NCBI GenBank assembly: GCA_944392135.1 | Contig: CALXVQ010000001.1 | Span: 100,931 to 164,930, forward strand | Direction of reading: 5' to 3' | DNA length: 64,000 nt | From: an uncultured Rickettsiales bacterium | GTDB lineage: Bacteria > Pseudomonadota > Alphaproteobacteria > Rickettsiales > UBA1997 | In this document: positions 56,343 through 64,000 of the stretch, one piece after another | Layout of the letters: each line of letters begins with the position of its first letter | Numbering within the stretch: the first letter of the stretch is position 1 | Notes under the pieces: model-generated | The model's database searches: none | What the model saw: the letters and a program-made list of their open reading frames with translations, nothing else | Told to the model about the DNA's origin: nothing | Position numbers and translations under genes: made by a program

Positions 56343-57334
56343 TGGATCAAAATTTAATTGTATTAGAAACCGAAAGACTATTTATTAAAAAAATAGTTCC
56401 TAGTGATTTTAGAAATTTTTTAAGATTACATCAAGATGCTAATGTCATGAAACATTTTGATGGCGGTGCTAAAACACTAGAACAAGCTAGAAGAAGATTT
56501 AATGAAGCAATGGAACATCAAGAAAAATTTGGTTTTAGTTATTATAATGTTTTTTTAAAAGATAATAATACTTATATAGGTCAAACAGGTTTCTTTTACA
56601 ATTTTGATATGACTATTAATTTGTGTTATGCTTTTTTAACTCAATATCAACATAAGGGTTATGCAACAGAAGCTCTTTCATCTTTGTTAAAATATGGTTT
56701 TGAAACTTTGAAAATACCAGCTGTAACTCTTATGTCAACCCCCGACAATTTGGCATCTATAAATTTAGCTACAAAAATGGGGGCAGTTTTTATTAAAAAA
56801 GGAATATTAGCTTCTGGTTTAAATGTATATAAATATCGTATTAGTAAAGATGATTTTTTTAAAGCTTTACCATCAATCAAGAATTATAAATATAGGAAAG
56901 CTGTTGGAGCTATTTTAATTGATAAAAATAATTCTATATATTTATTTCAAAGAAATGATTTTCCTGACACTTGGCAAAGTGTGGAAGGTGGTATTGATGG
57001 AGAAGAGACAGAAGAAAATGCTATTTATAGAGAAATTTATGAGGAAATTGGTATCCATAAAGATAAATTAAAATTTATAAAAAAATGTAAAGATTATTAT
57101 AAATACAACTACATAAATAATGAAATTAAATATGGTTATATAGGTCAAAAAAAATTATTCTTCTTATTTGAATTTTTAGGAAATATTGAAGATTTTTGTT
57201 TTAAAAATGAAAATAACCCACAAGAATTTATTGATGTAAAATTATGCAATACAAAAGATGTTATAAAATTGACACCAGATTTTAAAAAAGACTTATATAC
57301 AAATGTACTCAAAGAATTTAGTTTAATTAAATAA
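56339..57334 (+). CDS. Fusion protein: GNAT (RimJ/RimL-like) N-acetyltransferase + RppH-like Nudix hydrolase
   Basis: The N-terminal half has LETERLFIKKIVPSDF...YQHKGYATEAL (GNAT). The C-terminal half has YRKAVGAILI...WQSVEGGIDGEETEENAIYREIYEEIGI (Nudix box) and is collinear with RppH. The start overlaps the upstream stop (ATGA). Confidence 0.75.
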   Translation: MMDQNLIVLETERLFIKKIVPSDFRNFLRLHQDANVMKHFDGGAKTLEQARRRFNEAMEHQEKFGFSYYNVFLKDNNTYIGQTGFFYNFDMTINLCYAFLTQYQHKGYATEALSSLLKYGFETLKIPAVTLMSTPDNLASINLATKMGAVFIKKGILASGLNVYKYRISKDDFFKALPSIKNYKYRKAVGAILIDKNNSIYLFQRNDFPDTWQSVEGGIDGEETEENAIYREIYEEIGIHKDKLKFIKKCKDYYKYNYINNEIKYGYIGQKKLFFLFEFLGNIEDFCFKNENNPQEFIDVKLCNTKDVIKLTPDFKKDLYTNVLKEFSLIK

Positions 57335-57353
57335 TATTAATATGCTTTGAAAA

Positions 57354-57429
<76 letters not shown>

Positions 57430-57520
57430 AACATATGCAATAATATATATTTTTTTTAATAATGCAAGATTTTTTTGCAAAATTTTAAAGGCTAAATTTT
57501 ACAATCTAGCCTTATTAATT

Positions 57521-59449
57521 TTATTTTTTTAATGCTAATAAAATATTTAATCTTTTTGCAAATTCACCTGGGTTAGCTACTGGCTCACCTTCTAAAATGC
57601 AAGCTTCATCAAAAAGCATTTCAACTAATTCTTGCATTGCTTCAACTTTTTCTGGTTTATTAATATTTTCTTCTATTTCTTTAATTATTGGGTGTTTTGT
57701 ATTTATTTCAATATTTTTTAGCATACCTTTTTGTATTTGTTGTTGATCTAATAAATATCTTTCAAGTCTAATATCCATAGCTTTTTTATCAGCAACTAAA
57801 CAAACTGGGCTTGATGTTAATTTTTTTGATATTTTTACATCGTTAATTTTGCCTTTTAATGTATCTTTTATAAAGGTTAATAAATTATCATATTTACTAT
57901 TTGTAATATCTTTTAAATCTTCTTTCTTTTCTTCCTTTTCATCATCAAACTTAATTTCTTTATCTTCATCATTTTTATTGTCTGTTTCTTCGTCATTAAG
58001 ATTTTCTATATCAATATCACCTTTTGTAATTGACTTAAATTCTTTTCCTTTATAATCATTTTGTACTGTAACCCAGAAATTATCAACCGTATCTATTAAA
58101 TAAATAACCTCAATATCTTTATCTTTAAAACCTTCCATTTGTGGTGAATTTTCTAATGCTTGTACAGAATCGCCTGTAATGTAGAATATATTTTCTTGTT
58201 TTTCTGGCATTCTTTCTAAATATTCATTTAATGTTGTTAATTTATTAGGTGATTTACTTGAATAAAATTTACAAATATTCAAAATTTCTGTATTATAAAT
58301 ACTTCCTTCACATAAGCCTTCTTTGATAACAGGGCCAAAATTTTCCCAGAATTTTTTATAATTTTCTGGATCATCATTCATCTTTTTTTCTAATTCACTT
58401 AAAATTCTTTTTGTTAAAGATTTTTTAATTTTTTCAACTAAGTTATTATATTGTAAACTTTCCCTGTTTATATTTAAAGGTAAATCTTCACTATCAACAA
58501 TACCTCTTGCAAACCTTAAAAATGGTGGTAATAATTGTACTGCATCGTCGGTAATAAATACTTTCTTTACATATAATTTTATTCTTGATTCTCTTTCTGG
58601 CAAATATAAATCCATAGGTTTTCTGTCAGGAATAAAAATTAAGTTTGTAAATTCAACTATACCCTCTGCCTTATTATGTAAAGTTAAAAATGGCTCCCCT
58701 GGCATATGTGATACATGTGTATAAAATTCTTGGTATTGTTCTTTTGTAATTTCATTTTTAGGTCTAGTCCATAATGCTAAACCTTGATTCATAACTTTAA
58801 AATGTCCATCATCCATTTGCAATTCAACAGGAACATTTATATGATCGGAATATAATTTTATAATATTTCCTAAATATATTTTGTCTAAAAAATCATCTTG
58901 ATCTTTCTTTAAATATAAAATAACTCTTGTACCTCTTGGGTATTCTTCATTTACTTCTTCAACAGTATAACTTCCTTCACCTTCTGATATCCATTTATTT
59001 ACTTTTTTCTTTCCAGCTTTTCTTGAAATAACTTCAACTTTATCTGCAATCATAAAAGCAGAATAAAAACCTACACCAAATTGGCCGATGAGTTGAATAT
59101 TTTTTGCATCATCATTTCCTAATTTTTTGAAAAAAGCTTCTGTTCCAGATTTTGCAATAGTTCCTAGCTGAGAAATTAATTCAGCTCTATCCATACCTAT
59201 ACCATTATCAACAATAGCTATGGTTCTTTTTTCTTTATCTATTTCAATTTTAATTTTTAAATCTTTATCATCTCCCAATAATGAATCATCTTGTGTAGCT
59301 TTATATCGTAATTTATCACAAGCATCAGAAGCATTGGAAATTAATTCTCTAACTGCAACATCTTTATTTGTATATAAAGAATGTATCATTAATTTTAAAA
59401 TCTTTTTTATCTCAACACCAAACTCAAACTTTTCTTTATTATCTGACAT
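57521..59449 (-). CDS. htpG: Chaperone HtpG (Hsp90)
   Basis: LRELISNASDACDKLR, DNGIGM, GQFGVGFYSAF and NLSRE-like NINRESLQ motifs; 642 aa. Confidence 0.97.
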   Translation of the reverse strand: MSDNKEKFEFGVEIKKILKLMIHSLYTNKDVAVRELISNASDACDKLRYKATQDDSLLGDDKDLKIKIEIDKEKRTIAIVDNGIGMDRAELISQLGTIAKSGTEAFFKKLGNDDAKNIQLIGQFGVGFYSAFMIADKVEVISRKAGKKKVNKWISEGEGSYTVEEVNEEYPRGTRVILYLKKDQDDFLDKIYLGNIIKLYSDHINVPVELQMDDGHFKVMNQGLALWTRPKNEITKEQYQEFYTHVSHMPGEPFLTLHNKAEGIVEFTNLIFIPDRKPMDLYLPERESRIKLYVKKVFITDDAVQLLPPFLRFARGIVDSEDLPLNINRESLQYNNLVEKIKKSLTKRILSELEKKMNDDPENYKKFWENFGPVIKEGLCEGSIYNTEILNICKFYSSKSPNKLTTLNEYLERMPEKQENIFYITGDSVQALENSPQMEGFKDKDIEVIYLIDTVDNFWVTVQNDYKGKEFKSITKGDIDIENLNDEETDNKNDEDKEIKFDDEKEEKKEDLKDITNSKYDNLLTFIKDTLKGKINDVKISKKLTSSPVCLVADKKAMDIRLERYLLDQQQIQKGMLKNIEINTKHPIIKEIEENINKPEKVEAMQELVEMLFDEACILEGEPVANPGEFAKRLNILLALKK

Positions 59450-59536
59450 TTTATTATATTAGTTTTTATACATAATTAATATATAATAATTTAATGTGTA
59501 AAAACAAGGGGCTAAAAATAATATTTATAAATATTT

Positions 59537-60751
59537 TTATATTGATAAATAAGTTTGTGTTGTATTTTGTCTTTTTGATAATAATTCTTGTACAAAGCTT
59601 TTCTTTTGTGGCTTTGAAATTGTAGATGAAGCTAAATTCATATTTAAAATTAATGTACTTGCTAGATGTGTTGCTGGTTGTTTTAAAATGTTAATATCTT
59701 TGTATTCTATCACTTTATCTTTTTCTGCCAATACTTTATTATAAACTTTATCAAAACTTCCTATTTTATTATCATATATATAAGATATATCTAATGTTTT
59801 ATTTTGAAATATTGAACTTAATACTGATGCTAGTTCTTGCCTAGCTTCTGCATTATAATTTTCTCTCTCTTCCATAAAATTTTCAATTTTATATTCAAGA
59901 ATTTTCATTTTTTCATTAAAAGAATTTTTATCTTTGAATAATTGTTTTTCTTCATTAGTTAGTGTAAAATTATTATTGCCTGTGTATTTTGAAATTAAAT
60001 AATATTTTAATAATACAAAATCTTGTGTTTTATATTTTATTCTTTCATATTCATTAACTGCATAATCATAACCAGTTTTTGAAAAACAATTTTTAATAAA
60101 ATCAGTTCTATTTTTTGATAACACAGTAAAGCTAGTTTCGGCTTTTTCTAAAAATTTTACTATTGGGTCTTCCATTAAGCTTTTTGCCTTTTCAAATAAT
60201 TCTCTTTTTTCTAGTTTTAAATATTTATCTAAAATATCAAAAATAAAACATTCCCCTTCTTGATCTTGTTTAGCTTTAATATATTTAATTGAAATTATTT
60301 TATTATCTTTCAATAAATTAACTTTTGTTAAATATTCTTTGATTTTTGTTTGTTTATCAAAATCATTTACTTCTAAAATACTAAAAATATTTTCTATCGG
60401 TGAGTTATTTTTAGTTTTGATTAAATTAAATAATTTCTTTTGTATTTCTTTTTCAATTTTTTTATCTGATATATTTACTATTTTATCTACAATATTTTGT
60501 GTACAACTATTAACTTTTCCCACAGAAATATCACCATATCTCATTTCACAAAAATCATGTATAAGTAAAGCAATACAATATTCTTCTTTTAGGTTAAATA
60601 ATTTACCAATTTTATATGAATAAAAAGAATGCTTGGACAAATGATTTTTATGTCCTATATTATTTTTTGAAAAGACAGCTTTTGAGTCCCACCTAATAGA
60701 TTTATCAAGTTTTTTTAGTAAAAAATTAATTATCTTTTCATCTTCTTCCAT
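59537..60751 (-). CDS. HD-domain protein with long helical C-terminal region
   Basis: HLSKHSFYSYKIGKLF...ALLIHDFCEMRYGDIS fits the H...HD metal-binding pattern of HD phosphohydrolases. The rest was not recognised. Confidence 0.45.
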   Translation of the reverse strand: MEEDEKIINFLLKKLDKSIRWDSKAVFSKNNIGHKNHLSKHSFYSYKIGKLFNLKEEYCIALLIHDFCEMRYGDISVGKVNSCTQNIVDKIVNISDKKIEKEIQKKLFNLIKTKNNSPIENIFSILEVNDFDKQTKIKEYLTKVNLLKDNKIISIKYIKAKQDQEGECFIFDILDKYLKLEKRELFEKAKSLMEDPIVKFLEKAETSFTVLSKNRTDFIKNCFSKTGYDYAVNEYERIKYKTQDFVLLKYYLISKYTGNNNFTLTNEEKQLFKDKNSFNEKMKILEYKIENFMEERENYNAEARQELASVLSSIFQNKTLDISYIYDNKIGSFDKVYNKVLAEKDKVIEYKDINILKQPATHLASTLILNMNLASSTISKPQKKSFVQELLSKRQNTTQTYLSI

Positions 60752-60869
60752 AAAATTTTATAAAATGATACAACCAATATTATACTATTTTTTGCAACAA
60801 TGTCAATAAAATTCTTGATATTTTAATTAATTATTTGTTAAATTATCAAAGAAAAATAATTTTAATTTT

Positions 60870-62153
60870 ATGAAAAAAGTTTTCGCTAGAAGTTTCGGTT
60901 GTCAAATGAATGTTTATGATTCATCTAGAATGGTGGATTTACTTAAAGATATTGGTTATGAAGAAACAGATAAAATAGAAGATGCTGATTTAATTATCGT
61001 TAATACTTGCAGTATTAGAGAAAAAGCGAAAGAAAAACTTTTTTCTGAATTAGGAAGAATGAGATTAGTTGTCAAAAAAGATGCTATGTTTGTTGTAGCA
61101 GGTTGTGTAGCACAAACAGCTAGTGAAGAAATTAAAAAAAGAATGAAGATGGTTGATATCATAATTGGCCCAGCTAGTTATCATAAATTACCAGAATTAG
61201 TATTGCAAAATGGTGGTGTGAAACTTGACTTTTTAGCAGAAGAAAAATTTAATTCATTGCCACAGCATAGGGGAGTAAAAGGAGTTAGTGAATTTATTGC
61301 AGTTCAAGAAGGTTGTGATAAATTTTGTTCTTATTGCATTGTTCCTTTCACAAGGGGTAGGGAATATTCAAGAGATTTTAAACAAATAATAGATGAAGCA
61401 AAAGTTTTAAGAGATGAAGGTATTAAAGAAATCACACTTTTAGGGCAAAATGTTGACAATTACAATTATAAAGGAAAAGATTTAGCCGACATAATTTACG
61501 AAGTATCAAAAATAGACGGTATAGAAAGAATTAGATATATGACTAGTTATCCTAGTCAAGTCAATCAAAAATTAATTGATGCCCACAGAGATATTGATAA
61601 ATTAATGCCATTTATTCACTTACCAATACAAAGTGGTTCAAACAAAGTATTAAAAGCAATGAATAGAAAATATACAGCAGAAGAATATTTAGATGTTGTT
61701 GATAAATTAAGAAAATCAAGGCCAGACATTGCTATTTCTAGTGATTTTATAGTTGGCTTTGCAGGTGAAACCGATGAAGATTTTAATGAAACATTAGAAA
61801 TATGTAAAAAAGTAAAATATGCCACAGCTTTTTCTTTTAAATATAGTATTAGACCCGGCACAGCAGGTGAAAAAATGAAAAATCAAATTCCAGAAGAAAT
61901 TAAATCTTCTAGATTAGAAATCTTACAAAAATTATTAGAAGAGCAACAAGAAGAATTTAACAAAAGTCAAGCAGGCAAAGAATTAGATGTTTTAATTGAA
62001 AGTTTATCTGACAGAAACGATGGAAGTTATTTTGGTAAAACTCCATATTTACAAACTGCAATTATCAAAACAAATAAAGATAATTTAATTGGAAAAATTG
62101 TAAAAATAAAAATAAATAAAGCAAATATGAAATTATTGGAGGGAAAATATTAA
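60870..62153 (+). CDS. miaB: tRNA-i6A37 methylthiotransferase
   Basis: FGCQMN, NTCSIREKA, the radical-SAM motif EGCDKFCSYC, and a TRAM C-terminus. Confidence 0.95.
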   Translation: MKKVFARSFGCQMNVYDSSRMVDLLKDIGYEETDKIEDADLIIVNTCSIREKAKEKLFSELGRMRLVVKKDAMFVVAGCVAQTASEEIKKRMKMVDIIIGPASYHKLPELVLQNGGVKLDFLAEEKFNSLPQHRGVKGVSEFIAVQEGCDKFCSYCIVPFTRGREYSRDFKQIIDEAKVLRDEGIKEITLLGQNVDNYNYKGKDLADIIYEVSKIDGIERIRYMTSYPSQVNQKLIDAHRDIDKLMPFIHLPIQSGSNKVLKAMNRKYTAEEYLDVVDKLRKSRPDIAISSDFIVGFAGETDEDFNETLEICKKVKYATAFSFKYSIRPGTAGEKMKNQIPEEIKSSRLEILQKLLEEQQEEFNKSQAGKELDVLIESLSDRNDGSYFGKTPYLQTAIIKTNKDNLIGKIVKIKINKANMKLLEGKY

Positions 62154-62154
62154 T

Positions 62155-63324
62155 ATGTTTTGTATAAATAAAATTATAAATTATTATAACAATTCAAAAT
62201 TTAGTAAAGTTGATTTGTTATCTAAAATAAAATTATTTTCTATTATTTTATTTTTTATTTTCATATTTTATCAAGGATTAGATTTTGCTTTTTCTAGCAA
62301 AAATAATTTTGGCGAAATAATTAAGGAATCAAAATTTAATGATTTTTTAAATAATAAAGTTCAAAATAATATAGAACAAAAAATAAAAGATACTGGAAGA
62401 TTTTCTAAAAATTTTAGAATTATTAATAATACAATTTTATTTAAATTATTTTCATCAACTACATCAGGTGTTATTATTGGAAAAGATAATTATCTTTTTG
62501 AAAAAGGCTATATAACTGAAAAATTAGCATTAGATTTTCCAGATGAAAATAAAATAAAAGAACTAGCAGAAAAAATTAAAAAGACACAAGATATATTAAA
62601 TAAAGATAATATTAAGTTTTTATATATAATTGCCCCAACAAAAGTTGATTTTTATACAGAATTTTTGCCAGAAAAATTATCTTGTTTATTAAAAAATAAT
62701 GATGAATCTAAAAGACAATATTATTTATTAAAAAAATATTTAAAAGAATATAATGTTAACTTTGTTGATGCTAATGAATTTTTACTAAATAAAAAAGACA
62801 ATACTAAATATATGTTATTTACAAAATATGGGATTCATTGGTCTTATTATGGTTTTTATGAATTCTTTAATGAAGTATTAAATAAAGAATATTTTAATAA
62901 TAGCATTAAGTGTGAATTGTATTTTAATGATATACCATTAGGATCGGATTTTGATTTAGGAAATTTAGCTGGTTTAAAAAGAAAAGTATTTAAATTAGAT
63001 GATTTAGCTTATTTTAATAATTGTAAAACAAATAAAAAATTGCCAAAACTATTATTGGCTGGTGATAGTTTTAGTAATATTTTTTATTATGATAATAATT
63101 TAAGAAAAATGTTTGAAGATGATACTAAATATTTTAGAATTTGGTACTATAAAGATACTTATGATTTTAATGGAAATATTAGTGCAGAATTAAACACTGA
63201 TGAAAAAATTAATATTATAAAAAATAAAGATATTATATTTTTTATTAATACAACACCAAATATTTTAAACGAAGATTTAATTAAATTTTTTGATGATGTT
63301 GTAAATAATTTTGAGGAGGAATAA
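62155..63324 (+). CDS. AlgJ/AlgX/DltD-like SGNH-type O-acyltransferase partner (tentative)
   Basis: N-terminal TM anchor and a GDS motif (LLAGDSFSN). It lies immediately upstream of, and overlaps, an MBOAT gene. Confidence 0.45.
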   Translation: MFCINKIINYYNNSKFSKVDLLSKIKLFSIILFFIFIFYQGLDFAFSSKNNFGEIIKESKFNDFLNNKVQNNIEQKIKDTGRFSKNFRIINNTILFKLFSSTTSGVIIGKDNYLFEKGYITEKLALDFPDENKIKELAEKIKKTQDILNKDNIKFLYIIAPTKVDFYTEFLPEKLSCLLKNNDESKRQYYLLKKYLKEYNVNFVDANEFLLNKKDNTKYMLFTKYGIHWSYYGFYEFFNEVLNKEYFNNSIKCELYFNDIPLGSDFDLGNLAGLKRKVFKLDDLAYFNNCKTNKKLPKLLLAGDSFSNIFYYDNNLRKMFEDDTKYFRIWYYKDTYDFNGNISAELNTDEKINIIKNKDIIFFINTTPNILNEDLIKFFDDVVNNFEEE

Positions 63325-64000
63325 TGATTTTTACAAGTATTACATTTTTATATTACTTTTTACCGATATTTTTATCAATATATTTTTTAACTCCATATAA
63401 TAAGAAAAATTATATTTTGTTAGCTGGAAGTATTGTGTTTTATTTATGGGGTGCTCCTAAATTTTTATTTATTTTGTTATTAAGTTGCATAATAGATTTT
63501 TTTATCTCAAAAAAATTAGAAAATACAAAGTCAAAAAAATATTTGTCAGTAGGTGTTTTGCTAAATATTGCTTTATTGGGTTATTTTAAATATGCTAACT
63601 TTTTTGTTGATAATATTAATAATTTATCAAATGTATTCGGTTTTGAACCATTTTTTTGGGAAAAAGTTGCATTGCCATTGGCGATTTCATTTTTCACATT
63701 TAGAAAAATTGCTTATTTAGTAGATGTTTATAAGAATGAAGCTAAACCATTTGATGAATTATCTAATTACTTATTATTTATATTATTTTTTCCACAATTA
63801 ATTTCTGGACCTATTACTAGATATAAAGATATGTATAATGACATAATAGATAGAAAAAATAATATCAATATAGATAATGTTTATTTGGGAAGTATTAGAT
63901 TTATTTTAGGACTTAGTAAAAAAGTATTTATTGCTAATGTTTTAGAAAAACAAGCTAATATCATATTTAATAGTGATTATAGTTTATTATCAAGTGAAAT
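63324..64000 (+). CDS. MBOAT-family membrane O-acyltransferase (AlgI/DltB/PatA-like), 3' end outside window
   Basis: MIFTSITFLYYFLPIFLSIYFL... is the typical AlgI/DltB N-terminus, with multiple TMs. The ATG overlaps the upstream TAA (TAATG). Confidence 0.8.
   Translation, partial: MIFTSITFLYYFLPIFLSIYFLTPYNKKNYILLAGSIVFYLWGAPKFLFILLLSCIIDFFISKKLENTKSKKYLSVGVLLNIALLGYFKYANFFVDNINNLSNVFGFEPFFWEKVALPLAISFFTFRKIAYLVDVYKNEAKPFDELSNYLLFILFFPQLISGPITRYKDMYNDIIDRKNNINIDNVYLGSIRFILGLSKKVFIANVLEKQANIIFNSDYSLLSSE

Overview
This is a gene-dense 64-kb chromosomal segment from a very AT-rich Gram-negative bacterium (roughly a quarter G+C by eye, not computed). It uses the standard code: TGA acts as a stop and Trp is TGG. 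I support about 60 CDSs and three tRNAs (Asp-GUC, Val-UAC, Lys-CUU). I see no rRNA, CRISPR array, transposase or integrase.

Most genes are housekeeping: recA, rbfA, trmL, a SEDS ftsW/rodA gene, mraY, birA, rluC/D, a chorismate mutase-aroA-aroK-aroC-hisC operon, efp, ctp, a surA-like gene, cysS, ybgC, mlaA/mlaC, metG, tsaD, parA, map, pgsA, argS, alr, leuS, htpG and miaB. Operons are short, strand switches are constant, and the cell-wall genes are dispersed. VirB-type T4SS pieces (a virB2-like pilin, virB8-virB9) are scattered, and hairpin repeats invade genes. Together these suggest a reduced, host-associated alphaproteobacterium of Rickettsiales/Holosporales type; this is inference only.

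Main observations:
1. A complete DUF559/Vsr-like endonuclease cassette, bounded by structured inverted repeats, is inserted in-frame in leuS at the core/CP1 junction.
2. A three-gene operon looks like a type IV filament inner-membrane platform (PilM/N- or GspL-like, PilO/GspM-like, PilP/GspC-like). Dispersed prepilin-type genes accompany it, including an 846-aa protein with a pseudopilin N-terminus and an ALK/LTK-like glycine-rich domain, directly upstream of virB8-virB9-parA.
3. Several full-length ORFs keep an enzyme fold but lack key catalytic residues: Asd-like without Cys/His, GcvH-like without the lipoyl Lys, and a TyrA-like protein.
4. Two GT2 glycosyltransferase genes share a 559-bp identical 5' module but have divergent 3' parts, flanking an MFS gene.
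5. A composite hairpin repeat family has conserved arms and stems that vary in a compensatory way.

All functional calls come from motif recognition by eye. No searches were run.
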